From Cyanobacteria bacterium P01_A01_bin.135 (GTDB lineage: Bacteria > Cyanobacteriota > Cyanobacteriia > CAKZMO01), in assembly GCA_039814955.1 (NCBI GenBank), contig JBCCAG010000001.1, positions 1-35,310 of the forward strand: a stretch of 35,310 nt of DNA, read 5' to 3'. A model generated the notes under the pieces. That model was given only the letters and a program-made list of their open reading frames with translations. It ran no database searches and was not told where the DNA came from. This document shows positions 15,565 to 24,529 of the stretch, one piece after another; position 1 is the stretch's first letter; each line of letters opens with the position of its first letter. Both the position numbers and the translations under genes were made by a program.

Positions 15565-15702
15565 GGAACTAGACCATACAGTCGGCAACGACGAAAGCAG
15601 ATATGTCTGTTCCCCCGAGACGCATTCAGGTGAACGCCCAGAAGCGGCAGCGGAAATCCTTCGCACCAATCTGTACTGCACGCTAACTGCGGCGTCTCCA
15701 AG

Positions 15703-18231
15703 CTATCGCTGATTAAGGCAGTAGTCCGTCACCTGCAAGTTGAATGAGAATACCCCGCCAAACCAGTCATCAAAAACCATATTTTCTGCGTCCGACTCTA
15801 AAAATGTATCCACCGTTGCCTTCCAAGTAGAATCATTGTCGGGCAAAATCAATCCATAAAACTCACAGGATAATGGTCGCTCCGGAACCAAGGTGAAGTT
15901 GCTGATATCTTGCCCCTCTCGTATCAGCTCAGCGTAGGATAGAATACCGTCGCCAACAAATGCATCGATCTGTCCAGAGGATACGGCCTGTACTGCCGTT
16001 TGCCGTCCATCCGCGCCACGAAAGGGAATCAGGGTTGCCTGTGGATAGCGATCGCGTACCAGGGTTTCCGCTGTCGTATCTTGTAGTACGCCTAACCGAG
16101 TATCGGCCAGGGGTAAGTTGGGGTTCACTGTATCGGCTTTGCTGCTGGAGATTAGAAAACGTGTGCTAGCCGTTAAAATCGACTGGGAGAAGGTGATATC
16201 CGCAATATCGGTGCGGATTGTGTTCGGCCCGCATTCTAAGTGAACGCTGCCGTCCCTCACTAGGTCAAAGCGATTTTGCAGTGTTGAGGTTAGCTCCACC
16301 AGCTCCACCCGTGTAGGGCTATCGAGCGCATTTGTCAGGTAGTTGCCCAGGGCGATCGCCATTTCCCCACAATAGCCATCCCAAGCGGTGTCTTGATTGA
16401 TGTAGCCGAAGGGTGGGGCGTCTTTGCGGAAGGCGACCTTCAGCACCCCAGTACGCTCGATTTCGGCCAGGATGCTCTCATCTCGGGGCGGTGTCTCGGG
16501 GGCGATCGCTGGTGGGTCAATTGGTATGGGCAGTGAAGCCCCATAGGCCGCCTCAAGCTGCTCGGCGGTCAAAGATTGAATAATATCGAGCCGGAGGGGT
16601 TCGTCTGCGCTCAGAGCGCGGCCTGCGGCGGCAGTTAGGCGAGCTAATTCTGGGCGGCGCGCTTCGTCATCCCTAACCAAATGGTTTTGCAGAAACGCCA
16701 GCACTAGCCCCTTAGCGTAGCGGGCGCCAATGTCCCGGTGTTCCCCCACTAAGGCCTGAAACATCCCCTCGGCATTAACCCGACCGGGCTTAGAGGTGAA
16801 GTGGGTCCCTACCTGCATTAATGCTAGGTACTTCGGACTGGACTGGGCCCAGATAAATGGGTAGATCTGCTCGGGGACCACAGGGGAAAGGATGTCGTTA
16901 CTGCCCGAGATCATCAGCAGCGGAATCGCCACCTGGGCCATTCCTTCTGGCCCATAGAGATGTCCCCCCATGGGGTGTGTCACTACCACAGCGCTGATGC
17001 GATCATCGCGGAGTTGGTAGTTTTCTGGGGGCAAATGCTGGGCACGACACTGCAGGTATAGTGCGATGTTGAGGATAACGTTCTCCTCATGGCAGGCTGC
17101 GGCTAGCCGCAGGTAGTTGATTTCAGCTCCCGCCAGCGCCAGCGCCGTTGAGCCGCCTAAGGAATCTCCCATAACGGCAATACGGCTCAAGTCTAAGCGG
17201 GCGGACCACTCGGGCGATCGCGCGACCAGCCGTTCCAGGTCATCAATGAGAAAAGAGATTTCCTGGGGGCGGTTCAGAAACTCCATTGGGCTCAGCAATG
17301 TGTTCAAGCGTCCCTGCAAAAAGGTTTGGCGATAACTTAAGTCGCTGCCGATGTGGTCTATCAGCATGACGGCAGTGCCATGGGATGCCAGGTGCTCCGC
17401 CATGAAGACGAAGCTCTCTTTCACATCGCCAAACCCGTGGGATAGTAGCAGCACCGGGGCAGGCTCAGTCAAGCCCTGCGGATAATACACGTCTACCGGA
17501 AAGTCGTAGCTGACGGTGAGGCCTGTATCTGTCTGGCGCAGGTCTGGGTTCTCAACCGTAATACTTGTGGTACCAACCGCATAGGAGCCTGGCTCACTCA
17601 AGCGGGTTAGTTCATCAGCGATCGGACCAGAAGCATCAGCCTCGGCCTCTAGCGTTGCCTGCTGCTGAATGGCACTAACGACAGCCTGGTTATAGTCCAA
17701 GTAGCCCGTCAGCGTCTGGCGCAGCTTCAGCAGGTCCTCTAGCTTGATGTAGATATCTTCGGAGGGAAACTGACGCAGCACATCCAGCAGAGTCCAGTTG
17801 TTTGAACCTGCTGCCGCCGCACCAATGAGCGCTGCCCGTAATCCATAGAAGCCGTCGACATCGGGGTGGACCCGAATTACCTTGCCAAGGTTAGAGAGTA
17901 ATTCTCGCCCCAGTGGAGAGTAGGTCAAATTGCCCACCGTCGCCCGATTGAAGGGGATAGGCTGGCGCAGTTGCTGCTGCACGGTCCCTCGGACTTGATC
18001 GGGCAAAAAGCCCACGACTAGGGCGACATCTCCGCTGGCTTCCCCAGTTTCAGCAAACGCCTCTAGATCATCAACGGATAGGGTTAGGGTTAGGGGACCT
18101 TCAACCACCACCTGCACCACTTCTGCACCTGCGGCGGATTTGGGCTGCGTGATTTCTCCAAGAGCGCCAGCGGTGGCTAGACAGGCCGCAGAGAGCACCG
18201 TTTTCCAGAAGTTTGACAGTAGGCGAGCCAT
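15703..18231 (-). CDS. Secreted three-domain protein: DUF1400-like N-terminal domain, alpha/beta hydrolase, and a C-terminal family-3 periplasmic solute-binding domain
   Basis: Signal peptide (MARLLSNFWKTVLSAACLATAGA). DUF1400-like region (LTLSVDDLEAFAETGE...LRQFPSEDIYIKLEDLL). Hydrolase elements (LLLSHGFG, nucleophile elbow VMGDSLGG). SBP_bac_3-like tail (VLKVAFRKDAPPFGYINQD...YCGEMAIALG...IDAFVGDG). Confidence 0.88.
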   Translation of the reverse strand: MARLLSNFWKTVLSAACLATAGALGEITQPKSAAGAEVVQVVVEGPLTLTLSVDDLEAFAETGEASGDVALVVGFLPDQVRGTVQQQLRQPIPFNRATVGNLTYSPLGRELLSNLGKVIRVHPDVDGFYGLRAALIGAAAAGSNNWTLLDVLRQFPSEDIYIKLEDLLKLRQTLTGYLDYNQAVVSAIQQQATLEAEADASGPIADELTRLSEPGSYAVGTTSITVENPDLRQTDTGLTVSYDFPVDVYYPQGLTEPAPVLLLSHGFGDVKESFVFMAEHLASHGTAVMLIDHIGSDLSYRQTFLQGRLNTLLSPMEFLNRPQEISFLIDDLERLVARSPEWSARLDLSRIAVMGDSLGGSTALALAGAEINYLRLAAACHEENVILNIALYLQCRAQHLPPENYQLRDDRISAVVVTHPMGGHLYGPEGMAQVAIPLLMISGSNDILSPVVPEQIYPFIWAQSSPKYLALMQVGTHFTSKPGRVNAEGMFQALVGEHRDIGARYAKGLVLAFLQNHLVRDDEARRPELARLTAAAGRALSADEPLRLDIIQSLTAEQLEAAYGASLPIPIDPPAIAPETPPRDESILAEIERTGVLKVAFRKDAPPFGYINQDTAWDGYCGEMAIALGNYLTNALDSPTRVELVELTSTLQNRFDLVRDGSVHLECGPNTIRTDIADITFSQSILTASTRFLISSSKADTVNPNLPLADTRLGVLQDTTAETLVRDRYPQATLIPFRGADGRQTAVQAVSSGQIDAFVGDGILSYAELIREGQDISNFTLVPERPLSCEFYGLILPDNDSTWKATVDTFLESDAENMVFDDWFGGVFSFNLQVTDYCLNQR

Positions 18232-18251
18232 ATAACCCCTAAGCCTGTGAT

Positions 18252-18274
18252 AAAAAAATCTGCGATCAACTCGC
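18252..18274 (-). terminator. Weak intrinsic-terminator candidate downstream of the YihY gene
   Basis: On the minus strand: GCGA-gttga-TCGC, then AGATTTTTTTA (a U7 run). The stem is only 4 bp, so confidence is low. Confidence 0.25.
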
Positions 18275-18383
18275 TTTTACTTCTATCACGGCGTTACTAG
18301 CTTTGTGGCGATACTCGCTATTCCTTAAGCTTAGCGATCGCCAAGCCGAGCTAAACGAACCAAACTGAGCTAAGTGAGCCACC

Positions 18384-19307
18384 TCAGCGCCTTGATGGCC
18401 TCGATCTACGGCTGCCGTAGAGATGGGTATAGACGTAGGTAAAGACGCTGCCAATTAAGAAAACCTGGCAGGTGAAGTAAATCCACATGAGCAGCACCAT
18501 CATGCCGCCAATTAGCCCGTAGGACTGATACTGGCTGCCAATACGGACGATGCTATTGCTGCTGAACTGCTGCAGCCCTACCAGCAGGCCAGAAGTCAGC
18601 AAACTGCCAAGCCAAATATCCTTAAAGTAAACGACCGTAGACGGTAAGACCTTGAATAGGGTAATGATCACCGAAAATAGAATGAGAAACGTCATGCCGA
18701 TTTGAATATCTTTAAGAATTAGGACCTCATTCAGATTGACAAATGTTGCCATCTCATTGAAATTTGACAACAGTGTCCTGACCATCTTGAGGACCACATT
18801 CGATAAAATCGAGACTAACATTAGGGCCGAGGTCACCAACACGAGGGTGAAGGCAAGAATCCGCTGGTGAACACAGCTAACGATTTTTCCCTGAAACGAG
18901 CAGGGATCGTCTTGCTCGACATGGACTTTCCAAATTTTATCCACAGAGCGGTCTAGGGCCCTGAAGACGTTACTTGAGGTAAATAGAACTAGAAAAAAGC
19001 CGGTAATACCGGCTCCTGTACTGCTTTCGTTGAGGTGTAGGAGGGCATCCGCAAAGACTTGGTAGGCCATGGGCGGCAGCGACATTTTGGCGTAGTCTAG
19101 GAGCTGCCTGATTGTCGCCGTGTCGGGTCCGAGCAAGAAGCCGGCTACACTCAGCACCACGAGAAAAATCGGAAATAGGGAAAACAGGGCGTAGTAGGAC
19201 AGGGATGCGCCCATCTCTAAACACTCATCTTGTTGCCATTTGCGGCAGGTGCGAATGATGAGCTGAGCCGGTCTAGCCGAAAGCATTCGAGTGACGGTTT
19301 GTTTCAT
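18384..19307 (-). CDS. YihY/virulence factor BrkB family membrane protein
   Basis: The N-terminal pattern (CRKWQQDECLEMGASLSYYALFSLFPIFLVVLSV) followed by about 6 TM segments is typical of YihY/BrkB (formerly called ribonuclease BN-like). Confidence 0.88.
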   Translation of the reverse strand: MKQTVTRMLSARPAQLIIRTCRKWQQDECLEMGASLSYYALFSLFPIFLVVLSVAGFLLGPDTATIRQLLDYAKMSLPPMAYQVFADALLHLNESSTGAGITGFFLVLFTSSNVFRALDRSVDKIWKVHVEQDDPCSFQGKIVSCVHQRILAFTLVLVTSALMLVSILSNVVLKMVRTLLSNFNEMATFVNLNEVLILKDIQIGMTFLILFSVIITLFKVLPSTVVYFKDIWLGSLLTSGLLVGLQQFSSNSIVRIGSQYQSYGLIGGMMVLLMWIYFTCQVFLIGSVFTYVYTHLYGSRRSRPSRR

Positions 19308-19370
19308 AGGTCCTTTTGACGGCGAGAATTCCCGATGAATGCAGCGATCGCCGCTCTGGATAGAGGTGCG

Positions 19371-19823
19371 CTACCAGAGGGCACGGACGGTCTGGGGATT
19401 GAACACTAGGGTGCCGCTACCGGCCTCGATCTCATACTCGACGAGCAGTTGACCTTCATCGTTGAGGCCATACCCCTGAGCAGCGTCGAGGGCCGTGAAA
19501 TACTCAAACTCTCGGTCGGAGATCGGTGAGGGGCAAGCCCGCCGCGTTGCTGCCACCGGGCCAATGGTCAAGGCGTTGCCCTCGACCGTTACCTGAGCCG
19601 TATAGTTGTTGCAGCCGCCCGAACCGGCAACCCGGTCATCACGGAACTCTGCCGTAATGTCGGTATCTTCTGCAGGCTGAACGATGCCAGCTTCAGTTTC
19701 AAAACGGACCAGGGTCCAGCGCTGAGCTAGGGTATCTGGAATTTGGGCCTGAGCTGCCATCGCAAATCCCACCTGCGTGCTTGCCAGTGCGGTTATGATT
19801 ATCGGGGTAGCAAACTGTCTCAT
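19371..19823 (-). CDS. META domain protein (HslJ-like), secreted
   Basis: Signal peptide plus META signature (W.LV.FE...RVAGSGGCNNYTAQVTVEGNALTIGPVAATRRAC). Confidence 0.85.
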   Translation of the reverse strand: MRQFATPIIITALASTQVGFAMAAQAQIPDTLAQRWTLVRFETEAGIVQPAEDTDITAEFRDDRVAGSGGCNNYTAQVTVEGNALTIGPVAATRRACPSPISDREFEYFTALDAAQGYGLNDEGQLLVEYEIEAGSGTLVFNPQTVRALW

Positions 19824-19924
19824 GGCTTAAGTCCAAAGGTATTTCTACGCAGAGTTTCTTATGGTCGTCACAACAGGACCGAGTGTAGCAGGTTGAAAAG
19901 CCGTTGAATACTGCGGCAGTGTTG

Positions 19925-19943
19925 CCGGGGAGGCGCTCCCCGG
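19925..19943. other. GC-rich hairpin between the lipase and META genes
   Basis: CCGGGGAG-GCG-CTCCCCGG (8-bp stem). There is no U-tract on the minus strand, so a terminator function is uncertain. Confidence 0.3.
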
Positions 19944-20024
19944 AGCCAATATTTTAGAGACCTTTGCTGCGTATCCGCGGTATTGTGGGGGTCGCTCGGC
20001 GGCCTATAGGCTGGCAGCGGTACC

Positions 20025-21215
20025 TCAGCGCCCCCCTCGACTCAAGTCAACCTGTATCTGCATATTCTTGAAACCATCGTCACTTTGGGTCTCTGCCTCC
20101 TGCTCAATGGCTAGCCGGTAGGTCTCAATTAAGTGATTGGGCAAAATGTCGCCCTGCTGGGACAAAAATGACCACTGCTCACCGCCGTGGACAAAATCCT
20201 GAACCAGCAGCCTGCTCAGCGGCATCATAGGAATCATGTCCGCCAGGTTAACGACGCGATAGTGGTTCGGTAGCAGCTGATTATGGGCGTCGATGAATTC
20301 CGTATCTCCCACTCGGGGGCCGGCATAGGAGTAGATGCGGGTGCTTAGCCGGAACTTAGGCAAGCTGAGGCCGATATCCATTGCGGCGAATGTGGATAGC
20401 GCTGACCCGAGGCTATGCCCTGAAATATACAGCGGAATATCTGGGTCCAGCGACGCTACCGCAGCTTTGACAGCTTCAGCCAATCGCTCCATGTAGAACG
20501 AGTAAAAGCCAAAATGGACTTTGCCCATGGAGCGGCCATTGACGGGGTGAGTGTAATCCTCCTGCAGGGCAATAATGTCCTCAAACACCTCGTACCGCCG
20601 CTGGGTGCCCCGAAAGATGAGCAAGTTTGCCTTCGGAGAAGTCAGCAGGAAGCCGTAATAAACGGGGACCCGCTGGTTGAGCTTGACAGCCTGTTTTACC
20701 TGTCGTCTGATGGAGTCCCGGGTCTCATCCAGCCGCTTTTCAAGAGCGCCCAAGTCCCCGTCAAAGTCTGCTAAATCAGAAATGGGCACCTCAAAATTGA
20801 TGCACTCTTTGACCCGCTGGCTGGTTTTGAAGGTGGCGATTTGCTCAAAATCGGAGAAGCTCTCGGTGTATAGGGGCAGTTCAGACACGCTGCCGTCGTA
20901 CTCAGAGTCATACCGTCCTCTGAGGTACTGCTGGGTGGAAAGCTTGCTGGCTGTGATGAGTAGCTTGGACCACTTCCGACTGTAAGGTGTGGTAGGCGAT
21001 CGCAGACTAGCGCTCTGCTGGATGGAGACCAGCTCCTGAATGGATGCGATGTCTGAGCGGAACGCTTCTTCGACCAGCAGGTCCGGGTCGTACAGCTCCC
21101 GAAGCGCCGCCTGCTCAGCATTCAGCGCCCTGTCCTTTATGACCTCTTGTCCGTATACCGTAGCCGCCGTTGAGCCTAAACCGAGCCAAATTAATTGCCG
21201 ACGACTAAGTTTCAT
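20025..21215 (-). CDS. Class-3 (fungal-type) lipase family protein with a twin-arginine signal peptide
   Basis: The N-terminal MKLSRRQLIWLGLGSTAATVYG is Tat-like. The nucleophile elbow is ISGHSLGSALSTFAAMD, and the downstream YSYAGPRVGD is typical of Lipase_3. Confidence 0.9.
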   Translation of the reverse strand: MKLSRRQLIWLGLGSTAATVYGQEVIKDRALNAEQAALRELYDPDLLVEEAFRSDIASIQELVSIQQSASLRSPTTPYSRKWSKLLITASKLSTQQYLRGRYDSEYDGSVSELPLYTESFSDFEQIATFKTSQRVKECINFEVPISDLADFDGDLGALEKRLDETRDSIRRQVKQAVKLNQRVPVYYGFLLTSPKANLLIFRGTQRRYEVFEDIIALQEDYTHPVNGRSMGKVHFGFYSFYMERLAEAVKAAVASLDPDIPLYISGHSLGSALSTFAAMDIGLSLPKFRLSTRIYSYAGPRVGDTEFIDAHNQLLPNHYRVVNLADMIPMMPLSRLLVQDFVHGGEQWSFLSQQGDILPNHLIETYRLAIEQEAETQSDDGFKNMQIQVDLSRGGR

Positions 21216-21660
21216 CCTGCGGTGCTTTCGTTGTGCTTGCTATGGCGGAGTGGGACTCTAAGACCTGCTCACCAGGCCGACCTATTCCACTTAGGTAATA
21301 GTGATTGACCGTTTGACCAATGCTCCAAAAATAGCAAAAAAGAGCGGTGCCGGGGGCTAGAACATCTAGATTTGGAAACAGTGCCCCCAAAGCAATGGTC
21401 CAAAGCCAGCCCAGTAGACCCAGCGCCACAGCTCCACCCAGTCCAGTCACAAGCCCTAGACGAGCTAAGAAGCCGCCACCCCGCCGCCACCGCCAAAGTT
21501 GACCAATATCCCGAATGAGCCTGTAATGGAGCAGCAGCAGAACGATCGCTTTGAGGACGCGAATTCTTGGGATTGGAAGCAGGGCGATGATTGCAGCCCC
21601 GAGGGCGTAGTCTAGAACTAGGCGTCTGGCTTTGTGGTTAGTGCCAGCAAAGTTTCTCAT
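21205..21660 (-). CDS. Small polytopic membrane protein (possibly DUF697/YcjF-like), overlapping the lipase start by 11 nt
   Basis: 151 aa with 3-4 hydrophobic segments. The 3' end overlaps the lipase start (21205-21215). The family assignment is tentative. Confidence 0.65.
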   Translation of the reverse strand: MRNFAGTNHKARRLVLDYALGAAIIALLPIPRIRVLKAIVLLLLHYRLIRDIGQLWRWRRGGGFLARLGLVTGLGGAVALGLLGWLWTIALGALFPNLDVLAPGTALFCYFWSIGQTVNHYYLSGIGRPGEQVLESHSAIASTTKAPQDET

Positions 21661-21723
21661 ATGGCGACGCTGTAAGTTCCTTCATGCAAATCACGGCCTT
21701 TTTCAGGGCAATAAATTGTCGCA

Positions 21724-22296
21724 CTAGCTCTGAATAGGCTCAAGCAAATCTCCTCTCGCCCAACCCTCAGTTTCAGCATCATAGAAGATAGCTTTGTACC
21801 AGGCATAGCCGTCCTCCTGATTGTTGAAGCGATTTAGAAGCGTACCTGTCATCTGATTGTCGATGGTTTTCTCAATGCCGTGATCCAGTCCTGGACCACT
21901 GCGCACCCTGACACCAGTTCCTGTTGTGGTGACCTGCCCATCCGGAAACAGGTCGCACCCTTTAAAGTTAGAACTATCTAGGCTTCCCTGGGTAAGCGCA
22001 ACTTTCTTCTTATCGTCCACGAGGCTAAACGCGTAATCTCCGCCAGTTTCTATCACGACAAATACTGGATTATCGTCCTCGCTATTTTCAGGTGTTTTGT
22101 AGATGGTGCTGCCATTCTTGTCAGATGTTTTCGTTGCTGACATCTCACATTCGTAGTCTGAAAATTCTGCCTGCTCTAACATGGAAGAATCTGATTTAAT
22201 TGCGATCGCAATCAGTTCCTTCGAGCCATCAGATCTCACGCGTACCCAGAAGTCCTGGGTATTGAACAGTATTGTTGAAGTCATGGCTTGCGACAT
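21724..22296 (-). CDS. Hypothetical protein with a C-terminal SH3b-like domain
   Basis: C-terminal GVRVRSGPGLDHGIEKTI...GTLLNRF...DGYAWYKAIF...EGWARGDLLEP fits the bacterial SH3 pattern. No signal peptide. Confidence 0.7.
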   Translation of the reverse strand: MSQAMTSTILFNTQDFWVRVRSDGSKELIAIAIKSDSSMLEQAEFSDYECEMSATKTSDKNGSTIYKTPENSEDDNPVFVVIETGGDYAFSLVDDKKKVALTQGSLDSSNFKGCDLFPDGQVTTTGTGVRVRSGPGLDHGIEKTIDNQMTGTLLNRFNNQEDGYAWYKAIFYDAETEGWARGDLLEPIQS

Positions 22297-22499
22297 TTGC
22301 TTCCGCTGTGATGGTACATTGAAAAGTGCGCATTGATTTAGAAGAAAAAGTTAAGGAGCTGCCGTAGGATTGGGACCGTAGTGACTTCGCCCCCCCTGAG
22401 AGCGCCGTTTATTTATGGCCTTCTACTTACGGCGTTCCACTTAATCACCTAGGCTGTTAAATAGCGATTAAGTAGCAATAGGTTTTTTGAGCTGGCTTA

Positions 22500-24529
22500 A
22501 TGGAACAGTCAAAAGCGAGACGAAGCCGGGGCGTTACCCTGAGCGCTGGGGGTTTACAGCGGCTCACCCAAGCGATTCAAGCAGCAGAAGCAGAAGAAAA
22601 TGGGGGCGATCGCTTCACTAATGAGGCCCTGAGCGATCGCTGTGGCATATCCAGCAGTACCCTCAGCCGCATTTGGACCCGGCGATCGCGGGTTGACCGG
22701 CGGACGATGCATCTGCTGTTTAGCGCGTTTAGCCTTGAGCTGCGGGATGGGGACGGCACCCTGCTGCAGACCCTAACCGGCCACGACGGATACGTTACCG
22801 ATGTGGTGTTTAGCCCCGATGGCGAGCAGCTGGTGTCGGCGGGGTGGGACGGCAGCGTCCGTATTTGGGACAGGGACGGTGCTCCCGTTGCGGCGATCGC
22901 GGCCCATGACGCCATCGTGCGTTCGGTGGCCGTTAGCCCTGATGGGCAGTGGATCGCCTCGGCGGGGGAGGACAGCCTGGTGAAGCTGTGGACCCGGGAA
23001 GGGGAGCTAGTGCGCACCTTCGCCGGACACCAGAATTTTATTTGGGATGTGGCCTTTAGCCCTGACGGTAAAACGCTAGCCTCGGCAAGCTGGGACAACA
23101 CCGTAATCCACTGGCGCTTAGACGGAGAAATTATCCGCACCTTTGAGAATTCCACCCCAGAGGAGCGCGAAACCCGGCTGGTGAGCGTCGCTTTTAGCCC
23201 CGATGGCCAAACCCTAGCGGCGGGGGAGTGGTTTGGCAGGATTCTCTGGTGGGATATCGACGGTCCGCTCAAAATGACGGCAGCAGAGCATGTCAGCAGC
23301 GTGGTCAGCCTGGCCTTTAGCCTCGACGGCCAAACCCTGGCATCCAGCGCCTGGGACCAGACCATTAAGCTTTGGCGAGATGGGGCATTGGTTGAAAGCC
23401 TCAGCGCCAGAACCTGGGAGGTGGCCTTCAGTCCCGACGGAGCGCGGCTGATTTCCGGGGGAGAGGACACCCTGGTGCGCATCTGGCAGCTCTCCCCGGA
23501 AATTTTGACGGTGCTGCGGGGCCACTTAACGTCAGTGTATGGCGTAACGCTGCTGCCCAATACCGTCCTTTCCGCCAGCACGGACAACACCGTGAGGCTG
23601 TGGGACCAAAGCGGCAAGGTAATCCGCACCCTCTCTGAGCCTCAGGGGCAGGCCTGGGATGTTCAGATGAGCCCGGATGGCCAACGATTATCGCCTCAGA
23701 TGAGGCGGGTCAGATGCACCTGTGGACCGAAACTGGCCAGCACCTGCGCACGATTGCCGCCCACAATGGCCCCATCCGCCGCCTTGCCCCCCATCCCCGT
23801 GAGCCGGTGATTGCCTCGGCGGGCTGGGACGGGGCGACCAAGCTCTGGGACTACGACGGCAGCGTCATCCAAACCCTCGCCCAAGGGGGCGATCGCCTCA
23901 ACGCGGTGGCCTTTAGCCCTGACAGCCAGTATCTCGCGACTGTGGGCCGGGAGGAAATCCTGCGGCTGTGGCAGCGCGGGGCAGACGGGCGGTTTTCAAA
24001 CCAGCCCCAAGTTGAGGCCGAGGGCCACACCGACAACATCTGGGACGTGGCCTTTAGCCCTGATGGGCCGCTGGTTGCCACCGGCAGTAATGATGGGACG
24101 GTTAAGCTCTGGTCTCTAGAGGGAGAGCTACTGCAAACCCTAGAAGGACACCGCGATCGCGTTCACGGGATTACCTTCATCCCAGCTAATTCAGAGCTGC
24201 CACAGGACTGGGGGACAGTGATTGCCTCAGCGAGCTGGGATCGGACTATCAAGCTGTGGAGCCTGGATGGCACCCTGAGACTGACTCTAGAAGGCCACAA
24301 TGAGCGGGTACTGGACCTAGCCTTTCATCCAGCAACGGAGACCAGCGGCCCGCTATTGGCGTCTTCGGGTTTAGACGACATCGTGATTCTGTGGGAGTTG
24401 GACCAGGTAATTGATGACGCGGCTGTGTTACAGCACGGTTGTCGGTGGGTACAGGATTACCTGCGGCTGCAGGATGAGCGGGGCACTGCAGCGCTGTGTG
24501 ATGGCGTTAGCGGGGAGCCTGTGCGCTAG
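22500..24529 (+). pseudogene. HTH-WD40 repeat protein (about 13 WD repeats) interrupted by a 1-nt frameshift near 23681-23690
   Basis: ORFs 22500-23810 and 23714-24529 overlap in different frames. The repeat register continues across them: ...QMSPDGQ in frame 1, then TIIASDEAGQMHLWTE in frame 2. The conserved tail (GCRWVQDYL) is present. The N-terminal ~80 aa is HTH-like and joins the first WD repeat directly. Confidence 0.85.

Noticed and set aside
15160-15681. 173-aa minus-strand ORF
   Set aside because: Its R/S/P/W-rich composition is less protein-like than the overlapping plus-strand 121-aa ORF. Neither is strongly supported.
18356-18374. tRNA-like string TAGCTCAGTTTGG (minus strand) downstream of the YihY gene
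   Set aside because: It resembles a tRNA D-loop, but the complementary D-stem (GAGC), acceptor stem, anticodon arm and T-arm (GTTCGAATC-like) cannot be built. The neighbouring TTAGCTC is a direct repeat, not an inverted one.
22577-23629. 350-aa minus-strand ORF opposite the WD40 gene
   Set aside because: The opposite strand carries clear, periodic WD40 repeats. This ORF is S/R/P-rich with no domain features.
24526-24529. Convergent genes sharing a CTAG so that both stop codons overlap
   Set aside because: This was read directly (TAG on both strands), but it is a trivial consequence of the palindromic tetranucleotide. No functional implication is inferred.
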